From Eledone cirrhosa (Eukaryota): a stretch of DNA of 64,000 nt. Below the pieces are notes generated by a model that made no database searches, was not told where the DNA came from, and saw only the letters and a program-made list of their open reading frames with translations. Within the stretch, counting starts at the first letter, position 1, and each line of letters starts with the position of its first letter. Both the position numbers and the translations under genes were made by a program. Of the stretch, positions 12,431 to 26,129 are shown piece by piece. The DNA lies in assembly GCA_964016885.1 (NCBI GenBank), contig OZ024741.1, positions 162,378,001 through 162,442,000 on the forward strand, read 5' to 3'.

Positions 12431-14448
12431 TCTGTCTCGCTTATGTATAGTCAATCCTCGACTGAGTGCACAGGAAAGGTTGTCATGTCTTTGACACAAT
12501 TGTTTGGCAAGATTTCTATGACTGGATGCCCTTCCTATCACCAACCACTTTATAGTGTAAATTGGTTGCTTATGTGTAGATCATCAACACTAGGGAGGTT
12601 GCCATGTCCTTGACATGACTGAGGGTCCTTCCAGCTTTGTTTGGCAAGATTTCTACGACTTGGTGCCCTTTCTATCACCAACCACTATACAGCCTGTACT
12701 ATGTGTTTATCACGTAGGTCACCAAACATTAGGGAAGCTGTCATGTTCTTGACACAGCTGAATACCCTTCCCACCACCACCAACCACTTTAGGAGGGGGG
12801 GGGGGAGCTGCTAGGAATAGAAGCATGTGCTGTGGATTTGGAGTAGTGATGTTGAAAATAACCGTGTGTGGGTTAAAAAGACAGCAAATTGGCAGTCTTT
12901 AGAACATTGGATAGAATACTATTTGTTTCAGTTCTCTGAGTTCAAATCCTGCCTTTCATCCTTTTGAGGATAATAAAAAGAAGTACCAGTTCTGTACTGG
13001 GATCAATTTTTCCTCTATATCTCTTTCTCTCATTTTCACTGTATCCTTCTCTGGAAGTTATAAGGTGTTCAGACCTGGAGAGGGGACAGGCTCTGCCAGG
13101 TTTAAAGTGCCCAAGAGATACTTACGTCACTATGTTCCATACACACAAAATGGAGCCTTTTAGGTAACAACCAGCTTGTCATAAGTAAATAATTTTATGG
13201 ATTTAAATATGAAACCCAGAACACACAAAGCCAAAACTGATATAATGCATGGCAAAAGTGACCCCAGTGGGATTTGAACTCATAGTACAATGAGCCAGAA
13301 CAAATATTGCAAAGCATTTAATCTGATGCTCTACCGACTGTCAATTCACTAGGTAAAAACTCTGATGAACTTGAGATTGTATTTCAATGCCTCAGTATTT
13401 CTGTTAATCACTCCCTGAAATGCCAGAACAGCAGCTAGCAAGAGAGAATTAAAATCATTTGCATTCTCTTTCTCCGAAATATGTATAAATGTGTGTTTTT
13501 TGGTAGCTTCAGGTTAACACTGAACCAGCAGCTATACAATCAAAAGTATTCTAGCACTGAACATCTTGTCCTTTCCTTAATCCTTTTGATACAATATTTC
13601 CGATGAAATACACCACTTATGTTTTTCAGTTAATTTTGTAAATAATCAACATTTTGAATGAATAAATTTAATAAAATAACCAACCATAACAATCTTTATT
13701 TAACCCTTTAATATTCAAACCGGCCAGAATTCTCTACCCTTTTCTGTTGAAACTGGCTGTAACTGGTCACTCAAACTGATAAATAAATACTTTCATAATC
13801 TCATAGATTCAATATTATGTGAGATAATTATGCGAGGTAAAGCCTCTACCATGAAAATATAATAGTAAATATAGAGTAATGTGAATGCTAAAGGGTTAAA
13901 TATAAATACTTTAAGAGGATTGTCATCATAGAATTGGGGCAGTTTGGTATTAAAAGGGTTAACACAGTAGGGTGTGATTTGAAGGAAATTTGGCAGCTAT
14001 TTCTAACAGCTGGAGTATTCGCAACCATGTTTGTCTTTTGCTGGACTGCCCGAAATCATCATTATGATACATAAAATTATAATACAAGGTTTCAGTTTTG
14101 TAACAACCATCAATAACTTAGGTTCTAAACAGCTTAAAAATGAGAAAGCTATATTACTAAATCCCTACAAATTCTTGATTATTTTCAAAACTACTTGAAG
14201 ATCATTGGTAGTTTCTTGCATTAGAAATATGGTAGTGAAAGAGTTAAAGTGTAATATGGAGTTAAATAATTTGATATCATTTATTTTGAGAACAATACCT
14301 TAACATCACTATGAGTGGCCAGTTACAACCGGTTTGAACAGAAAGAAGTGAGACAATTCTGGCCAGATATGGCCGGTTTAAATGGAGATAATGATAATGT
14401 TGCAACAAGCAGAATGATATTATAGAGAGTAATGAATAATGAACAAAC

Positions 14449-14587
14449 CTGGGCATAAGGTGCAAGAAAATCTAATGCAGTAACATGAAGCCGAAATTTA
14501 TGGGTTTTGGTAAATTTGCCAAAGCAAGTGCCAAAACTTTTCAAGTTCTCTCTGGAAACATGGCAAGCCTTCTTCATTAAACTTTCC
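14449..14587 (-). CDS. NIP7: NIP7 coding exon 3
   Basis: tttcAG acceptor, [48 protein letters not shown] donor; 139 nt. Contains the conserved [18 protein letters not shown] motif. Confidence 0.96.
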
Positions 14588-14834
14588 CTGAAAATAACAA
14601 TCATAAACATTTAAATTTGAAACTAAAACGACATAAGTACATATGTTCAACTATATCCCATCAGCCTAGTACTCTGGTACCTGCAATGTTTGATTATATC
14701 TCACTAGCCTATATCCTACCAGACAAAACAAAACGTGAGTGACACTGCTGCTCCTTTCCTCACTAATTAATAAATAAAAGATCAAATTATACAAATATCT
14801 GACAATCTTACCCAATATTTAGGTTGAAGATGTT

Positions 14835-17125
14835 GAAATAATTACCCTAAAGATAAAAATGTTGGCATGGCCACATAGAATACCAAATATAAGGTAGTTT
14901 TCGGCTTATGTTGAGAAGGGAGAAGGGATGAGTGTGTGGTCAGCAACCTTACCCCCATTAATCGAAATTGCAAAAGAAATGACACTTTGTTGCTCAATCC
15001 TCTATAGGAAGCAAACGGAACTAAAGATAAACTTTAGAAATTATTTTTCAAACATGACATTAAGAAAAAGAACTGTTCCGCTAGAGAACTGGTCGTGGGT
15101 GGCAGATAGCGATACGGCTACCAGATATGATGGTTAGTTGCAATATAAGCGAGCAGCTGCTGGACGAATAAACAACCCCTGACCAACAGTTCTCAAGAAA
15201 ACTCTCACAACCCAGTGATGTAGCTATGACAAGCGAGTAAAGACAACCTCTAAAAAAGCCTAGTTTTCGCAGGTTTGAGAAAGTATCCAATTGGAGATTG
15301 GTTTGAATAAGACCATCAAAACTGCAATACAGTGCGAGGAACGAAAAAGAACCTTAGCGCATTGTCCTTTGCGTGAGTTAACAAGGGACGTTCAGGTCTT
15401 ATCTAGAAGGGCCCGTTCGAAAAATGTATTGCAGTCTCAATTTCATGCCACAAAAACTGGTGATGGGCCTACAACCTGTCCTGGGAGGCATGGGATGGAT
15501 GCTAAAGATTGGCTATCCTGAGACCTCAGAGGATTCAGAAAGGAGCAAACCATGACAATTGGAACCTGGAATATCACAACCCTTACAGGTAAGGAGCATG
15601 AGGCTAGATAGAGTCGAGGTTTCCTCAACAAAGTTCCATGGCTCTGATACTCTAGATTTGGATGAAGGATGGAAATTCCACTATTCAGGTGTAGTGCCAG
15701 AAACGACTGCATAGGCAGGAGTGGAGATACAAGCTCCTGGTTGTCAAATGTGATATGAACTGGATCCCATTAGGAGGGAGAATTTGCCTCTTGAAGCTTA
15801 GGCTGAAAGATAGGTCTCTAGGGTGGTGCAAGATGCACCAAACAAGGAGTCTGAATACCGATCCTTCCTTTATGAAGTCACTGCAGCATTAGATGTAGTT
15901 AAGACTGAGTCATATATCCTAAAACTTGAGACTACCTAATGCCAAAGAAGCCCACAGGTAGGTCTAGGGTGACATACAGGATAAAGTGGGAAGTGTTGGT
16001 GGATAAGGGAGTCAGGACCATGTATGCAGATACTATTGAATCCAAATTCAGAGAACTCCCTGAGAAAACTGAGGATGCCGAGACAGGTTGGAGATTATTC
16101 AGCTCAGCTGTTAAATGCTGCAGGCGAAAGAGGCTTGGTGTGGCACCGGATGGCAGGTTTCAATCAAGAGGCGAAAGATGCCATCCGAGTAGAGGAAGCC
16201 TACAAAGCTTGGCTTGGAAATAGGTCCTCCTTTTCGCACTTGCGGAACAAGCAGGCACAAAGAATTACAGTAGAGACAGTAAAGGCATTCAAAGTTAAGA
16301 CATAGGAAGACTTTGGGGTTAAGCTGGAATTTGACTTCAGATCAGCAAATAAAGTGTTCTGGCAGACCATCAGCCGACTTTGTAATAAGAAGTAATTATA
16401 CAGAAGACCCGCCTTGCCTAAATACAAAGCGAAACGTACAGTCAGTAGGCAACTCTAACAAAAATACACCCCTGTCCCACTACCCCCTTCAATGTGAAGT
16501 TATGTTGGTACCACAACATCCAGTCCGAAACAAATGAGGTCGTGTAGGTGTCACGACAAAAAAATACAGTCCACGCTGTAATGTGGCCGTGTAGGTAATA
16601 CGGTAAAAACCTCCCAGTCCACACTGTAAATGTGGTTGGTGTTAGGAAGGGCATCCAGTCGTAGAAAACCCGCCAGACAGTCCTATACGAGCAGGACAAC
16701 CAATCTTGCCTCAAGTGGGAAAACTCCCGTCCAAACACATGCAAGCGTGGAAGATGGACGTTAAACGATGATGAAGCTATCAGGAACATGTCTGGGGTTC
16801 TCCTCTCCTCAAAGAGGAGCATCCTCGTGAGGTGGAGAGAATACTTTCCTGATCCCCTAAGCCCGATCACAACAGCATCTTCTGATGTACATGAGGTGTA
16901 TCTGGGAGCGGTGACTAATCTCCTGGAGGCTTGTGGTCAGTTAAAGAACTCAAATGTGACAAAGTCACTGGGGAAGATGACATATGACCCTAGACGTTAA
17001 ACGCCTTAAATAGAGAAGGTATTCTCTGGCAGTGTTGGGTGGCCTGGATCTCTGGAAAGGCACCTAAGAATGGCAATCTCAATTTTTAAAAAGGGAGACA
17101 AGAGAGATTGTTCCAATTACAGATT
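14835..17125 (+). mobile_element. Decayed RTE-clade LINE (5' UTR, APE endonuclease, linker) with a nested 3'-end insertion of another RTE family at ~16405-16775
   Basis: MTIGTWNITTLTGK (APE N-terminus), ILVRWREYF, IFKKGD..CSNYR. Homologous to 24735-25735. Confidence 0.85.
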
Positions 17126-17154
17126 AACAAATAACAAGAAAAAGAAATTCTTAC

Positions 17155-17241
17155 TTGCAATAATAAATCCTTTCTTTGTGTAAACGGAAACAATATTTCC
17201 CATCAGTTCTTTCTAACAGTTGTGAAATATTATCTCCAATA
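17155..17241 (-). CDS. NIP7: NIP7 coding exon 2
   Basis: ttttccAG acceptor, (Y)IGDNISQLLERTDGKYCFRLHKERIYYC(K), GTAAG donor; 87 nt, in phase with exons 1 and 3. Confidence 0.95.
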
Positions 17242-18133
17242 CTGGAAAAAAAATTGAAATAAGAGTATATGAAACTAATTAATGTAGAACACGCAAGACT
17301 GAGTTTTTAAAGACAACTTATGAAAGAGAACCTAAATGTACAATCATTTTTACGTCGACTTTTTGATTCTGGGATGGGTTGGATAAGATTTTTGGTATTA
17401 TTATAGAACACCCCACTCAATTTTTCCTCGTGTGCTATCAACTAATCTAACCACCAAGATGCTGACAATCAACTCCTCGGAGTTTTCCCTACGATATTTT
17501 TCACGTGTTATCTCCAAACCAGTCGGAAACGACTAGATTTGTAGAAAAATGTGGGGCGAAAAGACCATCGGAGTTTCTCAGATAGACACATCTCTCGCGT
17601 TTGGTGGGAAATAATTATCTTTCCTCGATTTTGTCTGGACTTAAATGCTTACAATAAACTTTTTCCTCGGATTAAAGTCAAATTTAGGGTTAGGGTTTCG
17701 GTTTTCCAAGAAAGTTTTTTTTAAAATTTAAATACCATAACTAAAGTAATTTATTTTAACTAGTGGAAACATATCTTTAAAACTCTTCATTTTCGTTTTA
17801 AACATGTTTTCCAAACCAAAAATGAGACTTTAAAAATATTTCTTCCGAATGATTTTATTTCCGTTCACTATATCGTATATGGGTGTAAAACTGAATCAAA
17901 AAATAGTTGATAGTTGAGGTAGATTAAGTTTTCGATATATAAGGACGAAGTTGAAATTTGTGTCGTCTAAGCCTTTCTCTACGACAATATTTTCTTAATT
18001 AAAAATAATTAAGGTACATTAATTGGTAAACAAAACTGTACAGCTACACAAGAAGATAATTTAAAAAAACTATGATTTTGACAAATACACATCAATTGAC
18101 AATAATGGTGTGAAGTAGACAATATTTACTTAC

Positions 18134-18189
18134 TATTTGGTTAATTTTTCAAAAAATAATTTACATTCTTCATCAGTGAGGGGCCTCAT
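18134..18189 (-). CDS. NIP7: NIP7 (60S ribosome biogenesis factor) coding exon 1
   Basis: ATG at 18189 reads MRPLTDEECKLFFEKLTK(Y), then a GTAAGT donor; 56 nt. Matches the conserved NIP7 N-terminus (MRPLT.EE...FEK..KY). Confidence 0.95.
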
Positions 18190-18239
18190 CTTAAAATACG
18201 GAGTGATGGATATGAAAACACGTGGAGGAATTAACTTTT

Positions 18240-18340
18240 TTTCCTCTCGAATGCGCCTGCGTATTTTGTGACTTCCGATTGTTAAGACTTATTTATCTTA
18301 CTGTACTTAACCAATGAACGAAAGCAACCGGATCTCTCTC
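18240..18340 (-). promoter_or_regulatory. NIP7 proximal promoter / 5' region with NRF1-like and ETS-like motifs
   Basis: TGCGCCTGCG (18252-18261) and ACTTCCG (18271-18277) lie 60-90 nt upstream of the ATG, in a region (~17300-18350) that retains CpG, as in housekeeping promoters. Confidence 0.45.
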
Positions 18341-18805
18341 AAATTAAACCATATCATCTTTTAAATAATCTCAAAGAACACATTGAGTAATATTCTTAAT
18401 ACCTGAAAAAATAAAAAAGACAATACAGTTGTATGAAAGGCCTTTGATCATAAGCCTGCTTCATTATAGTAACCAAGGGCGGTGGATTAGCAGTATCGGT
18501 AGAGAGTCGGAAGCCATGCTTTGCAGCAAAGAGTTACGGCTCTTTATGGTCTGAGTTCAAATCCCGCTAGGTTAATTTTGCCTTTCATCCTTACGAGGTC
18601 GATAAAATAAAGTACCAGTAATGTACTAGAATAGTTGCTGGCCTTGTGCCAAAAATAGAAACAATTATATTAACCTTCGTATAGGGTGCACGATGACAGA
18701 GTGACGAATATGAAATCTTTTATTTACAGTTGTAAAAAATATAATATAATTGTTTCTACTTTTGGCACAAGGCCAGCAATTACCCAGTGCAATATAATGC
18801 TTACA

Positions 18806-19052
18806 GAAAGAAAAAACAAACACAAATGATATATACAAATATAAACGCATAAAAGAGAAATAAAAAAAACATTAATAGGAAGAAAAAAGAGGGGGGGGGG
18901 CAATTTACCATTTAGTGTGACTGTGCGGCCGATTGTCGCACTTGATGGTGAATTGCCCCCCCTCCTCCTCCTTCTTTTTTTTTCTTAATGCTTTTTTAAA
19001 ATTTCTCTTTTATGCGTTTATATTTGTATATATCATTTGTGTTTGTGCTTTC
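18806..19052. repeat. Inverted repeat (~115-bp arms) upstream of NIP7
   Basis: acaaacacaaatgatatatacaaatataaacgcataaaagagaaa...ggggcaatttaccat pairs with atggtgaattgcccc...tttctcttttatgcgtttatatttgtatatatcatttgtgtttgt. Confidence 0.92.
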
Positions 19053-21721
19053 AAATCCCACCGAGGTTAACTTTGCCTTTCAGGGGTCGATAAAATAAAG
19101 CACCAGTAATGCACTGGGGTAATTGCTGGCCTTGTGTCAAAAGTAGAAACAGTTATATTGTTACGTATAATGCTGTTGTCAGCAAGCATTTCCAGAGCTG
19201 CTTGAGGCGAGTAACCGTTTTAATTTCATGTCTTAACAAAAGAATGGTGTGACGGAGAGGTAGATGCGATTGAACAGCTAAAGGTATTTGGTATTCTTGT
19301 TTCCTAGCCGACCCGGGCGAACTCACTGTATTACTATTAATTGTTTCTACTTTAGGCACAAGGCCAGCAATTACCCAGTGCATTACTGGTACTTTATTTT
19401 ATCGACCCCGTAAGGATGAAAGGCAAAGTCAACCTCGGCGGGATTTGAACTCAGACCGTAAAGGGACGTAACTATGCTGGAAAGCATGGCGTCCGTCCCT
19501 CTACCGATACTGCCAATCCATTACTATTAATGCGTAGGTTTTATAGCAGCAGGAACATTGTAAAATAAACGAATATTACTTGATTAAATGCCTGGCCTTA
19601 ATTTAGCTTCAGCGCTCTACATTTTCAAATTTAAATACGAATAGGCTACTTTGCTGGTGCCGGTAAAATAGACAAACATACTTTTTATGCTTATTTTACC
19701 GGTCCCCAATAAATATCAATAGTAGTAGATTTAAATTGTCTTAATAATTGGTGGTGAAAATAAATAAAATTCTGTGTTAAATCTGTGTTGTTTTTTTTAA
19801 CATTTCCTGCTTTCATAATAATTGTTTCTACTTTTGGTACAAGGCCAGCAATTATTCCAGTGCATTACTGGTACTTTATTTTATCGACCCCGTAAAGATG
19901 AAAGGCAAAGTTAACCTCGGCAGGATTTGAACTCAGAACGTAAAGGGTTGTAACTTTATGCTGCAAAGTATGGCGCTCGACCCTCTACCGATAATAATGC
20001 CCTAGAAACATCGTATGTCGATATAGCGCCCCTACAACTCCTCCCTAAATTACGGGGATCTGCAAGCATTGTGAATCCTATCAACTCTGATTTAGGCACA
20101 AGGCCAACAATTTTGGGAGATGGGAAAGTCGATCAAATCGACCCCAGTGCATTACTGGTGCTTTATTTTATTGACCCCGTAAGGATGAAAGGCAAAGCCA
20201 GCCTCAGCGGGATTTGAACTTAGACCGTAATGGGTCGCAACTCTAAGATGCAAAGCATGGTGTCTGATACACTTACCGGAAAAATAGCCTGGGGTTCATT
20301 TTACCAGCACCGGCAAAATAGCCTCTTCCATTTAAATACTGCCTGATTCACTTTGCCTTTCAACTCTTCGAGGTCGATGAAATAAATAATGTACCAGAAT
20401 CCATTTAATCGACTGATACAGGTGTCTCCCAGACCTTTTCAAGCAAAAGTCTATGGTTGGGTATTCAAACGAATCTTCTTAAGATGAGATAAGGGACTAA
20501 ATGTCAATAGTCAAAACATTTGAGGAGTTGCAACTAAGGGTATTTTCAAAGTCACCGTAATCGACATGAGTATAAGGTGATATCAAAAGAAGAAAAAAGA
20601 CCGACAATGCACAGGCTCACAATTCAGGAGCGAGCAATAACGTTTAATTCTCTTAACATATAGTGTGAAACTTATTTAGTGTTACAACTAGTGATACTTA
20701 TTTAGTGTTACTACTAGTGTTTGAGGTTGGCCTGCTGCCTTCTTTCCGTGGTCGCTGTCCAAGACCTCCGAACTGTCGTTTTTCTCCTCAAAATTGGGAG
20801 GAGTGCATTCCGCGAGGTTGTGTAGATGATGCAGCGGGTTTCGCTGGCTGTTTTTCGCGGCAATACTTTCGCCATCTTGTCCACGGGACGCAGCTGAGAT
20901 ATATTACCTTGACTAGGGTGTAGAGTCTACCCCTTTTCCCCTTTTGTTCATGATTTTCTTCTTCTTTCTACCTGTTTATTATGGAAAATAGTTATGTAAA
21001 TAAAACTGTGATCTCTTCCTACGTTTACATTTAAAAAAAAAACTGACTCACTTTATCTGATTTCTATCGGAAGTTACAATCAAACCTAATACTTTCTCGA
21101 TAGTTAAACAAACATACAAATGCTTATGCACGATGAGAGCTATTTAGAAAACGCGTAAATCCTCAACACAGAACAATATTAAAACTTCATAAGGAATGTT
21201 TACCTCCCAGAAATTCCTGTAATATCTCAATGACGCTATTCGTTCATAAACAAATATTTTAAAATACTAAATTATACACTCTTCTTTTTGAAATGATACG
21301 TTGGAGAAACCAGATACGTTTTTTTTTTTTAATTGTTATATATTTTCAAAATAACATCCACAACGCTGCTAAAACTTTCGAACAAAAGTTTTATTTCATG
21401 AACATGTTGGGTGGATGTTTCCATACTTCTATAGTGTGAAATATTTGAATGTAATGTAAAGGCCCTTAACTCCTAATGAAGTTTTAGGGAGACCACCGTG
21501 TTTTGAGCATCTTAAACCCGGGGGAGCCCTAAGTCGTGACACAACCGATGTCGAACAGAGAAAGAAAGAGAGGGAGAAAGTAATAAAGAGAGATAAGGGG
21601 AGAATCGACACCAGAACCGGACTGGTATTTTATTCATCGACCTCGAAAGGATGAAAGGCCAAGTTGGGATTTGAGCACAGTGCAAATTGGTCTGGAACAA
21701 ATACCGAGGCCTTATTGGATT

Positions 21722-22273
21722 GGCGGTGGATTGGCAGTATTGGTAGAGTGTCGGATGCCATGCTTTGGCGCATAGAGTTACGGCCCTTGCCATTCTGAGT
21801 TCAAATCCCGCCGAGGTTAACTTTGCCTTTCATCCTTACGGGGTCGATAACATAAAGTACCAGTAATACACTGGGTAATTGCTGGCCTTGTGTCTAACGT
21901 AGAAACAATTATTGGATTGGCAGTGTCAGTAGAGAGTCGGACGCCATGCTTTCCAGCATAGTTATGTCCCTTTACGGTCTGAGTTCAAATCCCGCCGAGG
22001 TTAACTTTGCCTTTTATCCTTACGGGGTCGATAAAATAAAGTACCAGTAATGTACTAGGTATTTGCTGGCCTTGTGCCAAAAGTAGAAACAATTATTGGA
22101 TTGGCAGTATCAGTAGAGGGTCGGACACCATGCTTTGACGCATAGAGTTACGGCCCTTGTCATTCTCAGTTCAAATCCCGCCTGGCCTTTCATCCTTACG
22201 GGGTCGATAAAATAAAGTAGCAGTAATGCACTGGGTAATTGCTGGCCTTGTGCCAAAAAGTAGAAACAATTAT
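21722..22273 (+). mobile_element. Three head-to-tail copies of a tRNA-derived Meta/MESC-domain SINE (~190 bp, (ATT)n tail)
   Basis: A box TGGCAGTATTGG, B box GAGTTCAAATCC, Meta-like aactttgcctttcatccttacggggtcgataaaataaagtacc. Many dispersed copies, e.g. ~6580-6762(-), 9665-9843(-), 18477-18668(+), 19338-19520(-), 19816-19992(-), 20088-20278(-), 22963-23138(-), 29835-30047(+), 35240-35432(-), 35892-36032(+), 41068-41175(-), 49890-50105(-). Confidence 0.9.
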
Positions 22274-23883
22274 TAACCCAAGGTCCTAACGATTCTGCCA
22301 ATTCGCTGCCTTCTTAGATAGATTGGTTGTCTTTCGTTGCTAAATATTCTTGTGAAAAGAATCTAATTTTCCATTGCCTTTTTAGCGAACCACTGGTTAA
22401 TTTTATGGTATTGCCATTACCTATACCATCTATGACCTATTTAGAAGTAGTTAGATCCGGCTGTGAATACAGCTGAGTAGTGGTGATACGATGTGAATCG
22501 ATAGTCACTTGCTCTCTATTTATATTGCATTGTTTAACTTTACATACACAATGAAGTTAAAACTGATCAAATCAAAAAAGTTTTTGGAAGCAAGAGTTAC
22601 TTCCCTTTAAAAAAATTTATAATGAGATTTTTTACTCATACAATGTAATGAAGTATCTAGTCTAGCTCCAGACGTAACTTTTATTCAACAGTTTTAGCAG
22701 CAGTATTGCAAATCCTGGGGTGACGAATTGCCAGAGTCGCTAGAGCGTCGGATAAAATGCTTTACGGTATTCGTTTCGGCACTCTGTGTTCAAATCTCGC
22801 CGAGGTCAACTTTTCCTTTCATCCTTTCGAGGTCGATAAAAAAAGTATCAGTCAAGAACGGGGGTCTATTTTTCCTCGATATCTCTTTCTTACTTCCATT
22901 CCTTCACTCTCTACCCAAATCTGCTGTATTCAGACTTGGAGAGGGATAGAACCCGCCAGGATTAATAATTGTTTCTACTTTTGGCACAAGGCCAGCAATT
23001 ATCCTAGTGCATTACTGGTATTTTATTTTATTGACCTCGTAAGGATGAAAGGTAAAGTTAACCTGGGCGGGATTTGAACCCATACCATAAAGGGCCGTAA
23101 CTCTTTGTTGCAAAGTATGGCGTCCGACCCTCTACCGATAATAATGCCCTAGAAACATCGTATGTCGATATAGCGCCCCTCCAACTCCTCCCTAAATTAC
23201 GGGGTCATGCAAGCATTGTGAATCGTATTAACATAATTAATAAAAAATAAAAAAATAAAAAAAAATATTTGATTCGAAAAAAATTGTTGAATTGATATTA
23301 AACTATTGCAATTTTCAATAAAACAAAGAATTAAAATTCCTATCTCTCTCATCGATTTCTGTTTGGAAATGTACCACTAGCGAAAATAATCATTGATTTG
23401 ATCATTTATCCATTGGTCAGCCTTAATGAAGCGGACCAACAATCAAAGCATTCTGGCGGTGACCAGTTCGTCTTTTTAGGGGAATTTATAGGACTACATT
23501 ACGTAATGTGTTATTTTTATGCTTGATACGGTAGGGAGTGATTTAAAGGAACCAAGTATTTATTTCGAGCAGGTCGTAGGCAACGGGCGGCGAATTTGTA
23601 GAGTCGTTAGAACGTCGGATAGAACACTTCGCGGTATTTATTTCGGCACTTTGTGATCTGAGTTCATATCTAGCCAAGGGAAAATTTTCCTTTCATTCTT
23701 TCCAGGCCGATAAATAATCTGCTAATTCGTTACTTTATGTCGAGAGTAGATACTATATTATATGAGACTGTTATTTATGATTAACTAAGATCCTGTCAAG
23801 ACGAGGAATTACGCTTAAATTCAGAGCTAAACATCAGATCCCAGGGTTAAAGACGCATTCATGTTTACACACACACACACACA

Positions 23884-23921
<38 letters not shown>

Positions 23922-24734
23922 TATGTAAAAGGTAAACAGAAATAACAACACAATCGGTACAGTATATGGAAGATATATTAGGTTAACGCTTGAAATAACA
24001 GGTCCATTCATGTTGCCATTTCTCTCTCTCTATATATACACGAAAATGTCATATACTGTTGACGAAGTGCTACATAGCTACATGGATGAGCATGCATACG
24101 ACATATATTTTATTATTATTTACTTGTAGCAGAGCAGTGAATTAGCAAAATTGTTAGAGAACGGGACAACATGCTTAATAGTATTTGGTGATGGTTCTTT
24201 AGGTTATGAGTTCAAATCCCACCGAGGTCAACTCTGTCTTTCCGTGGTCGATAAAAGTACCTGTCATGTGCTAGGGTCGATATAATCCACCCGATATAAT
24301 GGCCTTGTGCCGAAAGTAGAAATCATTAGTAAATAAAGAAACCAGCATTTTAGTACCTAAAATAAATATAATCATTAATTTTAGATGAATTGCTGATTTA
24401 CTCGGAATTTCTGCATCTAAAATACGATATTAATTTATATAATTCTCCAAAGTATTTTTCTAAGCAGAATCTACCCTAGACAACACTGTAATGCGTCCCT
24501 TTATATTATGACGGCAGAGGTGTGAGGGGCATTTAGCTGCTACTCTTAGCAGGGAGAGTGATTGATCACTAATACCACACATCGGACTGGAAACATGACA
24601 GGAGTTATCACCCATACCGGGCGATGGAAATGTGTTCATACACACTGAAAAACCATATATTTGACCTATCTTATAGCAAACTATTTTTTTCCGCCCTAAA
24701 TAGTCTTTCTTCTTCTACTTCTTCTTAAAGACCC

Positions 24735-25735
24735 TTTGGAGGAACACCATGTCGGTCACTTATATTCGAGCCGAATTCCATCTTCCCCAGTGGCTTTGCA
24801 ACATCTGAGATCTTTAATTGTTCTTGTGACTTCAGCCTCAGAGAGATTAGTCATCGCTCCCAGCTGCACCACGTGTACATCAGGACATGCTGTTATGACC
24901 GGGTTTAGGAGATCAGCAACGTATTCTCTTCACCTCACAAGGATGCACCTCTCTGAAGATAGGAGCACCCTAGATGCGTTCCTGATAGCAAGTGTGGAAG
25001 AGAACTTCTTATGAAGTCGGTGGATGGTCTGCTTGAATACTTTATTTGCTGATCTGAAGTCGGATTCCAGCTTAACCCCAAAGTCCTCCTATGTCTTTAC
25101 CTCGGACACTGTTATTGTTTCTGCTGCGACTTTTCGCGTTTGCTTGACCGCGTGCAAGAAGGAGGACTTATTTTTAAGGCAAGCTTTGTAGACATTTTTT
25201 TTTGCCCGGATGGTATATTTGACCTCTTGATTGAACCAAGGGGTCTTCCTGCCATCTGGCACTACACCAAGCCTCTTTCATTCGCAGCATTTAACAGCTG
25301 AAGCAGAAACTGTCGAGCTAAACAGTCTCCCCTCCATTTAACGTCCCCGGTCTGCTCAGGGAGTTCTCTGAATTTGGATGCAATAGTATCTGTATACCTG
25401 GTTCTGATTTCCTTATCCACCAACGCTTCCAACTTTACCTTGTATGTTGCCCTGGATCTGCCAGTTTTGTTGGCTTCCTTGGCTTTAGGTAGTATCAAGC
25501 TGCAGATAACTAGATGGTGATCAGTTGACAGCTCAGCCCCTCTTTTAACTCGAACATCCAGCACAGAATCGAAAAAATCAGAGACAATAACAAAATCAAT
25601 TACTGATCTCTGCCCCATGTATATTTATGGATGCCTTTGTGCTGGAAGGTGTTCATAATAGAGAGTCCATTACTAGAACAGAAGTCTAAGGCCTCTCCAT
25701 TCGTATTTAGATCGGGATCGCCGTTGTTTCCAAAT
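24735..25735 (-). mobile_element. RTE-clade LINE fragment (APE C-terminus and linker)
   Basis: RSVIDFVIVS..VRVKRGAELSTDHHLV motif; KTPWFNQEVK; same family as 14835-17125. Confidence 0.88.
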
Positions 25736-26129
25736 ATGAATGACAAAATAATTTTTTTTTCCTAACATATACTGGATGCTAGATTTGTTATTTTAATTCT
25801 TCAACTACTGAATATGTTTTATCCTACTTGACATATATTTATAATTTCGGATTGGTGATTCAGAATTATCTCATTAAAATAAATAAATATTAATAAAAGT
25901 TTTGCCTATCAACGTAAAAATAGAGAGAAACGTATGTGTTGTTAAATTGAGTGTAAGCACCGAGTGAGGAGGGTCATGTTGTGACTAACAAAGATAGGCA
26001 AGTGATAGAAGAAGGTGGAGATGAAAGCAGTGCGAAGAGGGTCAGAATATGTTGGCGGGAGAGAATGAACCGGAGAAAACAAAGAAAAATAGGAGAGCAG
26101 AATGTTCTAAACACTGACTCTGAAGTATC

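Noticed and set aside
17685-17698. Telomeric TTAGGG repeats
   Set aside because: Only two units; could be chance or a promoter-region motif.
24055-24105. Hammerhead-like TTGACGA-GTGCT...AGCAT
   Set aside because: The first box is mutated and GAAA is absent; too degenerate.
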